In this document: piece after piece, positions 17,458 to 26,877 of the stretch
How positions within the stretch are numbered: position 1 is the first letter of the stretch
Layout: each line of letters opens with the position of its first letter
Virus record (IMG/VR): IMGVR_UViG_3300032255_000179
Coordinates: 1-30,056 of that record
Direction: 5' to 3' (one strand)
DNA from: a virus
Taxonomy: Duplodnaviria; Caudoviricetes
DNA: 30,056 nucleotides
Position numbers and translations under genes: made by a program
Notes under the pieces: generated by a model
Told to the model about the DNA's origin: nothing
The model's database searches: none
Seen by the model: only the letters and a program-made list of their open reading frames with translations

Positions 17458-17636
17458 AAGAAAAAAAAGAGATAGATCAATTAATCAAAGAGCGCCCCGA
17501 CTTATTTGATGATATGGATTGTGGGGATTTAAATCGAGAAACAGGGGTTCAGCTGGATACACCTGACTGGATGAAAAAACGCATGGAAGAGGTCGCTGAA
17601 CAAGACGTTCAAAACGAAAACCACACTGAAAAATAA
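17454..17636 (+). CDS. Small acidic protein, candidate antitoxin/immunity partner
   Basis: 60 aa, D/E-rich, RBS GGGAG, ATGA-coupled to the zeta-domain gene. Confidence 0.55.
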   Translation: MKEKKEIDQLIKERPDLFDDMDCGDLNRETGVQLDTPDWMKKRMEEVAEQDVQNENHTEK

Positions 17637-17639
17637 ACG

Positions 17640-17681
17640 CATATCTACACCGGCACATCTACACTGGCACATTTACAAGGG
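17640..17681 (+). repeat. Three tandem 14-bp imperfect repeats
   Basis: CATATCTACACCGG CACATCTACACTGG CACATTTACAAGGG. Confidence 0.6.
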
Positions 17682-17705
17682 ATTGTTGTTTAATCATATT
17701 CATAA

Positions 17706-18932
17706 ATGAAAAAGAGCCGATCAAACACATTCAAATATTTAGTTGTATTGACTTTGTTAGCCACCAGTTTTTACATTTCTGAAACATACTTCAAAGAAAA
17801 TATTGGCTTCAATAAGCATTTACACCGTATAAAATTAAGAGCAAAAGCCGATTCCAGCTTGCCCCCAGTCGATTACCTGCACAAAAACCAATATGCGGTG
17901 ATTAATGCGCAAGCCAGGCGATGGGTTTATGTTGACTGGGGAGGGCAGGTGCTAGTGGTCAGTAAAAAAGCATTTGAGGTGGGTTACTACCGTTTTTATA
18001 AACACTTTATTGTCGAGTCAGAAAAATATACCATCGGTAAATTTAGCCTTTTAGGGTTTTTTATAATCCTTACGGTTTTTTCGATAAAATCTAAATCATC
18101 CTCGCACACTGAAAATCGGCAAGAAAAACAGCAAGAAAAACAGAATAACCAACAGTACCCTGACACAAGACAGGCGCGCCCTGATAAAAATCCAGATGTG
18201 ATAGATCGGGATACAAAAAAGCTTCAAGAAATTCAGCAACACTTTTATGAACAGGCCAAACAGGAAATAGCGCGCGTTCAAAAAGAATTAACGGCAACCT
18301 ATACCAGCAAGATAGACGAAATGGAGCAGACTATTTCTGTTTTAAAGCAGGAATTTAATGTGGCCCAGCATATAGCGAGTACGTTTGAAATAGATTTGAC
18401 GGACAGTGAAATTGATACTCTGGTAAAAGGCAGAGAATTTGAGTTGTTTGCGGCTAAACTATGGCAAGCCGATGCGCAAACTAAAATTGAAGAATGGCGT
18501 TCTGATAAAGGCGTTAAGCAAGATATATTTGTAATCAGTCACGGCTACCCCGATTTTGTCATCACGCTGAAATCAGCATCAGAAGAAAAACAGGTTGCGG
18601 TAGAGTGTAAATATCGCAGTGCCTTTCAGCCCAATCGAAAAGGGCAGGATACCTATGTTAGTTGGGCCAGTTTTAAAAATACCAATAATTATCGGAAGTT
18701 TAAAAATGAAATGAACATGGAAGTGTATATTTTATTAGGTATAGGTGGACTTGCATTGACCCCAGAGCATTTATACCTGGCAAAATTAGAGAGTATCACG
18801 GATGATAAAGTGACGTTTGAACATGTAAAATTGAAGCAAACCTGGTCAACCACTAAAAATAAGATAAAGCCTTTTAGCGTTGAGCCAGATCAGGTGGTTC
18901 AGGAAATAAAAAGCAGAGAAAATATTTATTAA
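17706..18932 (+). CDS. Membrane-anchored coiled-coil protein with C-terminal PD-(D/E)XK restriction-endonuclease-like domain
   Basis: Two hydrophobic segments, a coiled coil, then KGREFE...YPDF...VAVECKYR. Confidence 0.7.
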   Translation: MKKSRSNTFKYLVVLTLLATSFYISETYFKENIGFNKHLHRIKLRAKADSSLPPVDYLHKNQYAVINAQARRWVYVDWGGQVLVVSKKAFEVGYYRFYKHFIVESEKYTIGKFSLLGFFIILTVFSIKSKSSSHTENRQEKQQEKQNNQQYPDTRQARPDKNPDVIDRDTKKLQEIQQHFYEQAKQEIARVQKELTATYTSKIDEMEQTISVLKQEFNVAQHIASTFEIDLTDSEIDTLVKGREFELFAAKLWQADAQTKIEEWRSDKGVKQDIFVISHGYPDFVITLKSASEEKQVAVECKYRSAFQPNRKGQDTYVSWASFKNTNNYRKFKNEMNMEVYILLGIGGLALTPEHLYLAKLESITDDKVTFEHVKLKQTWSTTKNKIKPFSVEPDQVVQEIKSRENIY

Positions 18933-18957
18933 TATAATAATTTTTGTGGCATCAAAT

Positions 18958-19611
18958 TTAAATACCCGTTGTTAGTTTTTTAATGGCCTTATCGACAGCA
19001 GTGTCACCAAATCGTCTTCTTAAGCTTGCGTAGGCATTAACAGCGTGCCAGCCTCCGTTATTGAATTTTTTTACTATATTATTTTGAACAGATTGTTGTA
19101 ACATAATATTGGGTTTTTCCTGTTCGTACAAAACCTCGACTAGCCTGCATAAATCTGCCACAGGCTTACAACGGTTCCATGTAGCGGTTTGATCTGATGT
19201 ATGATGTTTTGCTAAAGTGGCCGCTAACGATGGACTTTTTTTATGGGAGTTACATCCGCCGTGCATTAAAATCAGGTTATTAAGGTCATGGTAGCACCGA
19301 TACAGATCATAATACGTGGTTGCTTCCATTTTTGTTGCATAGGTTTTCCAGTCAATGATATGGTCTATTGATGCCCCCATAAAAGCACAAAGTTGTCTAC
19401 AAATCGGGCACATGATATATGAATCGACGCCACCAAACACATTGTTTATAAAAAACTGGCCTGTTTCCCCCCAGACAATTTTTCGCATATGGTCGGTGCT
19501 GCCACCAGGGGAAAACCAGTCGGGGCGAGACCATTCGCTTTTATTATCCTCTAATGGTTTAAGTTTTAAGTCTTCTTTGGCAGGTAAGTTCTCTGGTAGC
19601 CTCATAATCAC
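18958..19611 (-). CDS. HNH-superfamily nuclease (GH-E toxin-like)
   Basis: CPIC...SIDHIIDW...DLNNLILMHGGCNSHK. Confidence 0.75.
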   Translation of the reverse strand: MIMRLPENLPAKEDLKLKPLEDNKSEWSRPDWFSPGGSTDHMRKIVWGETGQFFINNVFGGVDSYIMCPICRQLCAFMGASIDHIIDWKTYATKMEATTYYDLYRCYHDLNNLILMHGGCNSHKKSPSLAATLAKHHTSDQTATWNRCKPVADLCRLVEVLYEQEKPNIMLQQSVQNNIVKKFNNGGWHAVNAYASLRRRFGDTAVDKAIKKLTTGI

Positions 19612-19757
19612 AGTTCCCTTTTGAAAAATATAAGCATCATAAAAAAATCGAAATGATAAAAATATGCATTAAGTCATCCGAATCAGGCATATTTTATAGC
19701 TGATATAATAGTGTTTTTCAAGGTGATTTATAGGAAGGTAGAAAAAAATATAATAAT

Positions 19758-19775
19758 TAATCGTGACAGCATTCT
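19758..19775 (+). promoter_or_regulatory. Putative phage late promoter (MuF-like gene)
   Basis: TAATCGTGA-CAG-CATTCT-ATCGTC-ATG(19782). Confidence 0.7.
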
Positions 19776-19781
19776 ATCGTC

Positions 19782-20948
19782 ATGTCACACCCCATCCTAT
19801 TTGATTTAGCACCCCTGTCCTGTGGATGCACTGATCACGTACTCGATACGATGTACAAAGCACTGTCTGATCCCCCGGACAGCGATCTTTTATACAAACC
19901 CCATCACAGCCCCTATCTTCGTCAAATTATTGAAGAGGTGACACACGCGGGTCAGCGCATTCTAGCCAATATTCAAAATGACTTAATAAAACAATTTACC
20001 GCTGATGTAACGGGTTTGTTAAAAGCCGATAACAAAAATCACTGGAATCGCTGGAATCAAAAACAACTCAATGATGCAAAAGAAAAATTAGAGCGTAAAA
20101 CTCCAGACCGATACAGCATTGATGACTGGATGCTTTTTGTTGACTGGTTAATACAAAAATATTTACCCGCCGATGTGATTGAAAAAGAATCGCAGTACCT
20201 GGCCGTGCGTTCAACTATAGCCGGGAAACTACAGGCCAATACGGATGAAAAAAAATACACATCAACACGGGTTGAAAATATGGTTTTATCACTGCCATTT
20301 AAAATCAATGATATTCCCTTCTCAATAAATGCCCGTGAATATTCAGTGATTGAATTCGCCCGCACCCGTGCGGCAGAACTTATCAGTGGCATAGGGGATC
20401 GCACACGCCACCGTATTAAACACATTATCCTGGAGCACGAATACCTTAACGCTGCCAATGATCCACAGGCCAGCCAATGGCAGTTACAAAGTCAGTTACT
20501 GGGCGAATTCGGCACCTTAAACCGAGATTGGCGACGTATTGCCCTAACCGAAACCGTGCGCAATGCCAATGAAGGCTTTTTAGCCGGTTTACCCGAGGGC
20601 ACCCGTGTCCGCCGGGTTGAAGCCTATGAGGATGCCTGTAATTTTTGCCAGAAAATACATGGCATGGAATTTAATGTAGTCAGTGCATCAAAAAAAAATA
20701 AAAACGGTGAAACGGAGGTTTGGGTGGGTAAAACCAATCAATACCGATCGTCCAGTCCGCGCAAGCGAGTGGACAGTGAACTGGTCGAACGAACACCAGC
20801 CGAAATGTGGTGGCCTGCCGCCGGAACACAGCACCCTAATTGTCGTGGGAGTTGGGTTCAGGTTACGGCTAATTCTGCTGATGTGAGTGATGATTTTGTA
20901 CAGTGGTTAAATAATTTACTGGAAAAAGAGCGCCGTGAGAATGGCTAG
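19782..20948 (+). CDS. Head morphogenesis protein (MuF / SPP1 gp7-like)
   Basis: RDWRRIALTE, ACNFC, HPNCRG motifs; located in the head module. Confidence 0.78.
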   Translation: MSHPILFDLAPLSCGCTDHVLDTMYKALSDPPDSDLLYKPHHSPYLRQIIEEVTHAGQRILANIQNDLIKQFTADVTGLLKADNKNHWNRWNQKQLNDAKEKLERKTPDRYSIDDWMLFVDWLIQKYLPADVIEKESQYLAVRSTIAGKLQANTDEKKYTSTRVENMVLSLPFKINDIPFSINAREYSVIEFARTRAAELISGIGDRTRHRIKHIILEHEYLNAANDPQASQWQLQSQLLGEFGTLNRDWRRIALTETVRNANEGFLAGLPEGTRVRRVEAYEDACNFCQKIHGMEFNVVSASKKNKNGETEVWVGKTNQYRSSSPRKRVDSELVERTPAEMWWPAAGTQHPNCRGSWVQVTANSADVSDDFVQWLNNLLEKERRENG

Positions 20949-20984
20949 TGTTCGCTGTTTTGTACATACCCGTGATCATTAACT

Positions 20985-21002
20985 TAATCGTGACTGCATT
21001 GT
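20985..21002 (+). promoter_or_regulatory. Putative phage late promoter (DarB-like gene)
   Basis: TAATCGTGA-CTG-CATTGT-ATCGGT-ATG(21009). Confidence 0.7.
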
Positions 21003-21008
21003 ATCGGT

Positions 21009-24000
21009 ATGCGATTACTAATTTTTCTAAAAGGGCTATCAGAGCAACTGGGTTTATTCGATACCCCCGTTGAAGTGCATGGGCATATCAGGGCCGATGG
21101 TGTTTATGTAAAACCCCATACCTCAAAGCGTAAAAAGAAATCCCCCCAACCCAAAAAGCGTACGCGTTTAAAACGTGAAGATGCGGCTATCGGCGATTTG
21201 TTTGATGATGAAAATCGTGAGACTCAAGATGCGTCGGTAAAAAAAACAGGACCTGAATCAAAACCGAAAACGAAGCTCCCCCCAAAAACTAGCAAAGAAA
21301 AAATTAACAAAAAAAAAGTAAAACTGGCAATTGATCCTTTAGTCTTTGGAGTTAATGCCGGGGTCAGCAAAACCGAACGCCGCCGCTTAAATGCCAGCGC
21401 GGTGGAGATTATTCAAACACAGGCGAAAAGATATACCGAAAAACAAAAGACGATATTAAGACAGTATAGCGGTCAGGGTGGCGTGGGGGATTCACTCAAT
21501 GAATTTTACACCCGCCCGGATGTCACTCTCGCCATGTGGGATATATTAAATAAACTCGGCATTGATCAGGGTAATGTGCTCGAACCCTGCGTTGGTACCG
21601 GGGTGTTTATGCATACCGCACCGGGTGACATTAAGTTGACCGGTGTTGAACTGGAGCCCACCAGTGCTAACATTGCAAACGCCCTGCACGGTGTGCAACA
21701 TGAAGTCATCACCGGTTCACTGGAGCGCTTTGCCATCACCGACCCAAGACAATTTGATGCCGTCGTGGGCAATGTTCCGTTTGGGTTACGTGGCTCACTG
21801 ATTAAAGAAGACAAAAGCCAGCTTAAAACCGCTGAGCAATATTTTGTTGATACGGCTATTGATAAAACCAAAGACGGTGGCATTGTGGCGCTCATTGTAC
21901 CCACCGGCATTATGGATAATAAAAACACCCGCGCCTTTCGTGAACGGGTATTACGCAAAGCCCAATTCATTGGCGCACACCGTATGCCCAACAGTGCGTT
22001 TGAGCATGCCCATACGGGGGTGACGACCGATATCGTTATTTTTCGTAAACGTCCTACCGATGTCGGTCAGGCATTGGGCACGGTGAGCCAATCCGTATTA
22101 AAAGACCTGGAAACCCAGGGAGATAAATTCTGGGATGAAGAATTTCTAGCCGGGCAATATTTTTCAGGTCGGGGTAAAGCGCAGGTTTATGGTCGCCCGG
22201 AGGCGGGGTGGCGTTCAAAAGCGGGAATGGGTAATGATTTTACCGTGACCGGTTCAATGAAAGGTGTTGCTCAATCGCTATCTAACTGGCAACCGGAATT
22301 ACCCAGTGATGCACTCGCTATGCAGGATATTTTAAGTGCATTAGGGGATGATGAAAAAGCAAAAAACAAAGCGGTATCCGCGGCCCTTAAATCGCCCTAT
22401 GAGGTGGCAGCGTTAGGAGACACAAAAATCATTGATGGTGTGATTTATGTGCTTCAGGGGGAACCGCCTCGATGGCACCGGGCAGAGGATGATGAAGAAC
22501 CCGAGTCCGTATCTCAGGCGCGTGATCTTGCACAGAAAATAGAGACACTGGCTGAAGATCGTTTAACCGGTGTCGAAACATCCAAAGAAGAGACCAGACA
22601 GGATACGGTCAATGATCTGGATACGTATATTAAAAAGCATGGCATTCCGGCCAATAATAAAGACTTAATACTGGCGGCAAAACACGAACCGGTTTTATGG
22701 CGATTAATTGGGGCGGTTAATAATGATGGCCGTTATTCCGATTTAATCACTGGGCAAAAGCGCATCCTGGAGGGTAGCTTTGATGCGGTTGCCGCCAATC
22801 TATTAGCCAATGCGGATACCTTTTCTCCAGATGAGGTTGCCCGGTACTGGACAAAGGGGGATGCGGATGCGGCCCTGGATTATCTGTTTGCCTCACAACA
22901 CTACGCACTTAATATAGATGGGCTTAACTGGAGTAGTATGGATGATTATTTATCCGGTGAGCTATGGCCTAAAGTGGATGCACTGACTGAAAAATTAAAA
23001 GACAGTGCATTATCCTTAGAAATTCGAACTCAATATGAGCGACAGGAAAAGGCACTGACGCAGGTGATTGATCCTAAGCTGTTAGATGATGTTGAGATCA
23101 TGCTGAACTCAGGCTGGCTACCACTGGATGTGATCGAAGCCTATTTTAACGATGACATTGCACAATGGAAAAAAGATAACCCACAAAGCAGCTGGACACC
23201 AAAGGATCTAAAAATTCGTTTTGCATCGGGTTACTACACCGTAACCGGTGGACTATTTAATAGTGCCTTACTGGAAAAGTACCTTAATCGTACCGGTGTA
23301 CGCAAAGATGAGTTGCCGATGATCAATAACTGGAATGCCCGTTTTAAAGCGTGGGCGACTTCATCTGATCACAGGGAAAAATTAGAAGATTTATATAACC
23401 GCAAGTTTCGCGGTTACCGTGAAAAAACCTATTCCGATTTACCCATGGAGGTTCCTGGGATCAATCCCGCACTGGATGTTAATGCCTACCACTTTGAAGG
23501 TTTACGCTGGGCACTGGATCAGGGCAAAGGGATAATTGCCGCCGATGTAGGCTTGGGTAAAACCGGCAGAGCGTTAATGTTATCCCAGTTAGCCAAAGCA
23601 GGCGGTCAGGCCAAAAAGCCCATGATCGTTGTACCTAAATCGGTACTGGCAAACTGGATGGATGAGGCCGAATTCTGGTTCCCCGGATCGAAAGTGTTAA
23701 CCATCGGGGAAACGGTTAGCAAAGATAAAAACGGTAAGCTTAAATCCAGGTCAGACAATAAAGCCGAGCGCGATAGAAAACTACATGAACTATCACAAAA
23801 TGATTATGACTTTGTGCTCATGTCACAACCGGCCTGGAATGATCTGGATTTAAACCCGATTACAAAAGGTGAGTATGCAAACTCAGATTTCTGGGTGCAA
23901 CGTGGGGATGCATTAGGCAATGCGGGGGATAAGCGCGTTCGCAAAATTCGTGAATCCTATGAGCAAGCCTTAGCGGGGCGGGAATTTAACAAACGCACCA

Positions 24001-25724
24001 ATGCCATCTACTTTGATGACTTAGGGGTAGACATGGTCATTCTGGATGAAGCCCACGCGTATAAAAATCTGTATGCCGTTAAAACGCGCTTTGGTGAATC
24101 CCCTAAATTCTTAGGCGGCGGTGGATTATCGAATCGCGCACAGGACACCTATTTTAAAACCCGCTGGATACGGGAAAACAATCATGGCAAAGGCGTGTTT
24201 GGACTCACGGCAACGCCCACCAAAAATAGCCCCTTAGAGATTTATTCCATGCTATCTCACATAGCACCGGAAGCTTTTGATGCGATTGGCATTAAAAACA
24301 GTGAAGAGTTTTTAGATCGTTTCTGTGAATTCACCTCTGAAAACATCTTAACCACCAGTGGCGAAATAACAGAAGCCCTGGTGACCCGTGGTTTTAAAAA
24401 CCTGGATGAGTTGCGCGATATTATGCGCCGCTATATTGATCGTAAAACCGCAGAAGATGTCGGCTTAAAACTACCAGAACGCAATGATCATCAGCACATG
24501 ATTGATATGAGCGATGAACAGGAGACCGTGTACCAGGAATTGCGAGCACTTGCCGCAGACAATGATAGTGATGCCGAGGGTGATGCCCACATTTTTTCCA
24601 TCATGGACAAGATGGGTAAAGCCTCGATTGATCTTGAACTGTTAGGTGATGAGCATAAAGGGGCGCGTTCACCCAAAATGGAGGCCGCCACTACCCAGAT
24701 TCTTGAAGGCATGAAAGAGGGCGGACAGATTGTTTTCTCTGATCATATTTCCGTTCATGAAAAGTTAAAACAAGCCTTGATCAAGCAAGGTGTGAAAGAA
24801 GATGAAATTGCTATCGTCAATGCACAGGTGGCAAAAACTTCCCTACAGCGCCAGCGCATATCCAACGGATTTAATCAGGGCAAAATCAAGGTGGTGATAG
24901 GCAACACTGCCACTATGGGGGAGGGAATCAACTTACAGAAAAAAACCAGTGATATACATCATTTAGATTTACCCTGGGAACCTGCCTCTATGCAGCAACG
25001 TAATGGCCGAGGGTTACGCCAGGGCAATAAAAAACAATCCATGCGCATTCATACCTATTTGGCGAAAGGTTCATTTGATGGTTATCGCTATCAAACCATG
25101 GCGGCTAAAAAAGACTGGCAGGATTTACTCTGGCACGGTGGGGATCGAATTGATAATCAGGCCCGTGAGGGAAAATTTGGCCGTGATGAAATGTTAATTA
25201 TGCTATCGGCCAATCCTGATGAAGCCCGCGCTCAGTATAAAACCAATAAACAGGCGGCAACGCAGCGCGCGGCGGTTGTTAAGCGTCAGACAGCGGCAAA
25301 ACGCTTTGTGAAATTCCAGCAAGTAAAACAGTCATTAAATAAGCTTAAAAACAAAACCACCCACAGTGCGCAGCGTTTATCAGCCCGTGTCTCACAACTG
25401 CGCAGTAAGTTAAAAGAGGATAGTTTTTTTACGGCAAAAGATGCACTGGATGTTAAAGGGCCAGTATTAATTCAGCCGGATACAGGCAGTGCCTATTATA
25501 AAGGCGTCACGTTTGAAATGGATGCGGGTAAAAATACACCGATAGTTTATTCAGAGTTGGAAAAAAGTCAGTGGGTGGTCACTGGTGTGACCCAAAAGCA
25601 TGTAAAAGCCAGGCTACTGGATCGGCCCTGGTCTGCCTCTATCGACTTTGAACTGGATAAAATGGATAAAGGCTTATCACCGCTAATAAGTCAACCCGAT
25701 GAGAATCAAAAGGAAGCCGCATAA
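21009..25724 (+). CDS. DarB-like N6-adenine methyltransferase plus SNF2 helicase fusion
   Basis: MTase: EFYT, VLEPCVGTG, VVGNVPFG, TDIVIFRK. Helicase: DVGLGKT, VVPKS, DEAH, TATP, GEGINLQ, QRNGRGLRQG. Confidence 0.9.
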   Translation: MRLLIFLKGLSEQLGLFDTPVEVHGHIRADGVYVKPHTSKRKKKSPQPKKRTRLKREDAAIGDLFDDENRETQDASVKKTGPESKPKTKLPPKTSKEKINKKKVKLAIDPLVFGVNAGVSKTERRRLNASAVEIIQTQAKRYTEKQKTILRQYSGQGGVGDSLNEFYTRPDVTLAMWDILNKLGIDQGNVLEPCVGTGVFMHTAPGDIKLTGVELEPTSANIANALHGVQHEVITGSLERFAITDPRQFDAVVGNVPFGLRGSLIKEDKSQLKTAEQYFVDTAIDKTKDGGIVALIVPTGIMDNKNTRAFRERVLRKAQFIGAHRMPNSAFEHAHTGVTTDIVIFRKRPTDVGQALGTVSQSVLKDLETQGDKFWDEEFLAGQYFSGRGKAQVYGRPEAGWRSKAGMGNDFTVTGSMKGVAQSLSNWQPELPSDALAMQDILSALGDDEKAKNKAVSAALKSPYEVAALGDTKIIDGVIYVLQGEPPRWHRAEDDEEPESVSQARDLAQKIETLAEDRLTGVETSKEETRQDTVNDLDTYIKKHGIPANNKDLILAAKHEPVLWRLIGAVNNDGRYSDLITGQKRILEGSFDAVAANLLANADTFSPDEVARYWTKGDADAALDYLFASQHYALNIDGLNWSSMDDYLSGELWPKVDALTEKLKDSALSLEIRTQYERQEKALTQVIDPKLLDDVEIMLNSGWLPLDVIEAYFNDDIAQWKKDNPQSSWTPKDLKIRFASGYYTVTGGLFNSALLEKYLNRTGVRKDELPMINNWNARFKAWATSSDHREKLEDLYNRKFRGYREKTYSDLPMEVPGINPALDVNAYHFEGLRWALDQGKGIIAADVGLGKTGRALMLSQLAKAGGQAKKPMIVVPKSVLANWMDEAEFWFPGSKVLTIGETVSKDKNGKLKSRSDNKAERDRKLHELSQNDYDFVLMSQPAWNDLDLNPITKGEYANSDFWVQRGDALGNAGDKRVRKIRESYEQALAGREFNKRTNAIYFDDLGVDMVILDEAHAYKNLYAVKTRFGESPKFLGGGGLSNRAQDTYFKTRWIRENNHGKGVFGLTATPTKNSPLEIYSMLSHIAPEAFDAIGIKNSEEFLDRFCEFTSENILTTSGEITEALVTRGFKNLDELRDIMRRYIDRKTAEDVGLKLPERNDHQHMIDMSDEQETVYQELRALAADNDSDAEGDAHIFSIMDKMGKASIDLELLGDEHKGARSPKMEAATTQILEGMKEGGQIVFSDHISVHEKLKQALIKQGVKEDEIAIVNAQVAKTSLQRQRISNGFNQGKIKVVIGNTATMGEGINLQKKTSDIHHLDLPWEPASMQQRNGRGLRQGNKKQSMRIHTYLAKGSFDGYRYQTMAAKKDWQDLLWHGGDRIDNQAREGKFGRDEMLIMLSANPDEARAQYKTNKQAATQRAAVVKRQTAAKRFVKFQQVKQSLNKLKNKTTHSAQRLSARVSQLRSKLKEDSFFTAKDALDVKGPVLIQPDTGSAYYKGVTFEMDAGKNTPIVYSELEKSQWVVTGVTQKHVKARLLDRPWSASIDFELDKMDKGLSPLISQPDENQKEAA

Positions 25725-26051
25725 ATGAATGAAATTAATATTGAAAAAGCCATGCGAAATGTTTTGCAAATCTTACAAACCCAGCCGGAACACTATAAGC
25801 GATTTGGTATTTATTGGTGGACGGTTAAAGCCTTACTAAAACAATATTATAGTCAGGATAATATATACCTACTCGGAGATTATGTAGATGAAAGCATAAC
25901 AGATCGTGTGCCTGATGCTAATACGCAAGCGTTACTGAAAATGGCATTTGAGGAATATGCGCACAATACCGCCTACGGTCGTGATGATAAAACAGTGGAA
26001 GACACTGAGGGCGAAATCGTTACTATTTATGATGAGGATGCTGGTTTGTAA
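25725..26051 (+). CDS. Hypothetical protein
   Basis: 108 aa, starts immediately after the DarB-like stop codon. Confidence 0.65.
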   Translation: MNEINIEKAMRNVLQILQTQPEHYKRFGIYWWTVKALLKQYYSQDNIYLLGDYVDESITDRVPDANTQALLKMAFEEYAHNTAYGRDDKTVEDTEGEIVTIYDEDAGL

Positions 26052-26092
26052 TGAATTTTAACCCTCGGTAATAATTTTTTATTACGGAGGGG

Positions 26093-26470
26093 ATGATGAA
26101 AAAAATTGCATTGTTGAGCGATAACACCAAGCGAGTATTTAAAGCGGTGACTGAAAGAGAAGCCCCGTTTGCATTGGTGATTTATTGGCCGTGGTTTTAT
26201 AAAAGCTGGATTGGTTTGACCATAGGTTTTATTGTTTTTACGAAAAATTCAGATGATGTGGCACACCTTTGTCATGAGCTGGTGCATGTTGAGCATTTTT
26301 ATAAAGCGCCATTTTTGTTCTGGATGAGGTATTTCAAAGAGCGTAAGCGGGTAGGGTACTGGAATAATCGTTATGAAAAAGAAGCGTATGCCGTGCAGTA
26401 TAAAGTGCAGAGTTTGTTGCAACGGGAAGCTTATCAGCGGCAGGTTTTAGGGCAAAAAATAAGTAATTAA
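26093..26470 (+). CDS. HExxH metallopeptidase-like protein (DUF4157-like)
   Basis: GLTIG.IVF, HELVHVEH, Y.NN.YEKEA; RBS GGAGG. Confidence 0.7.
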   Translation: MMKKIALLSDNTKRVFKAVTEREAPFALVIYWPWFYKSWIGLTIGFIVFTKNSDDVAHLCHELVHVEHFYKAPFLFWMRYFKERKRVGYWNNRYEKEAYAVQYKVQSLLQREAYQRQVLGQKISN

Positions 26471-26527
26471 TACATTGCGCTGAGCATTAATTACGGTGTG
26501 TGTCCCGGATTTAGGGGGTTTTACTGG

Positions 26528-26556
26528 GTTTAACTGTATTAGTTTAACTGTATTAG
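26528..26556 (+). repeat. 14-bp perfect tandem duplication
   Basis: GTTTAACTGTATTA x2. Confidence 0.7.
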
Positions 26557-26877
26557 CTCAAGTCTAATCTTACATATTTCAAAACGGATCTAGACTTAAT
26601 CTGACAATTTAGCCTAGAGTTTAGTGTCTCAAAACACCACAAAACGGACGGTCGTGAAATTTCCGTACTTCTGCCTACAAAGCAGACCTTCAGCTAATAC
26701 CCTGATTTTGTGTTTTCAGTAAGTGATTGATTTAAATAAGAACAGGGTATATGTTATCTCCTAAAACCCAATAACAAGGAATTAGTTCCGACTTTGCTTT
26801 TTCAATAACAAAATAGAGAAATTTTAAGCTGCTGATTATTATAGAATTAATGCTTGGATAGGGTAAATGCTTAAAAG

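Noticed and set aside
9510-17681. Short repeat clusters (9510-9583, 17640-17681) as possible CRISPR arrays
   Set aside because: No repeat-spacer periodicity and no cas genes
21212-21232. Extra AATCGTGA match inside the DarB-like gene, with similar TCGTGA hits near 3454, 16614, 25979 and 26652
   Set aside because: They lack CAYnnT at the fixed spacing and have no ATG at +24
16377-25197. Antisense or alternative-frame ORFs within the zeta-domain, nuclease, MuF-like and DarB-like genes
   Set aside because: Fully nested in well-supported genes, with no motifs
26496-26612. Possible IS or REP end (GTGTCCCGG; GACTTAATCTGACAATT)
   Set aside because: No partner end or transposase in the window; cannot be assigned without an ISfinder search
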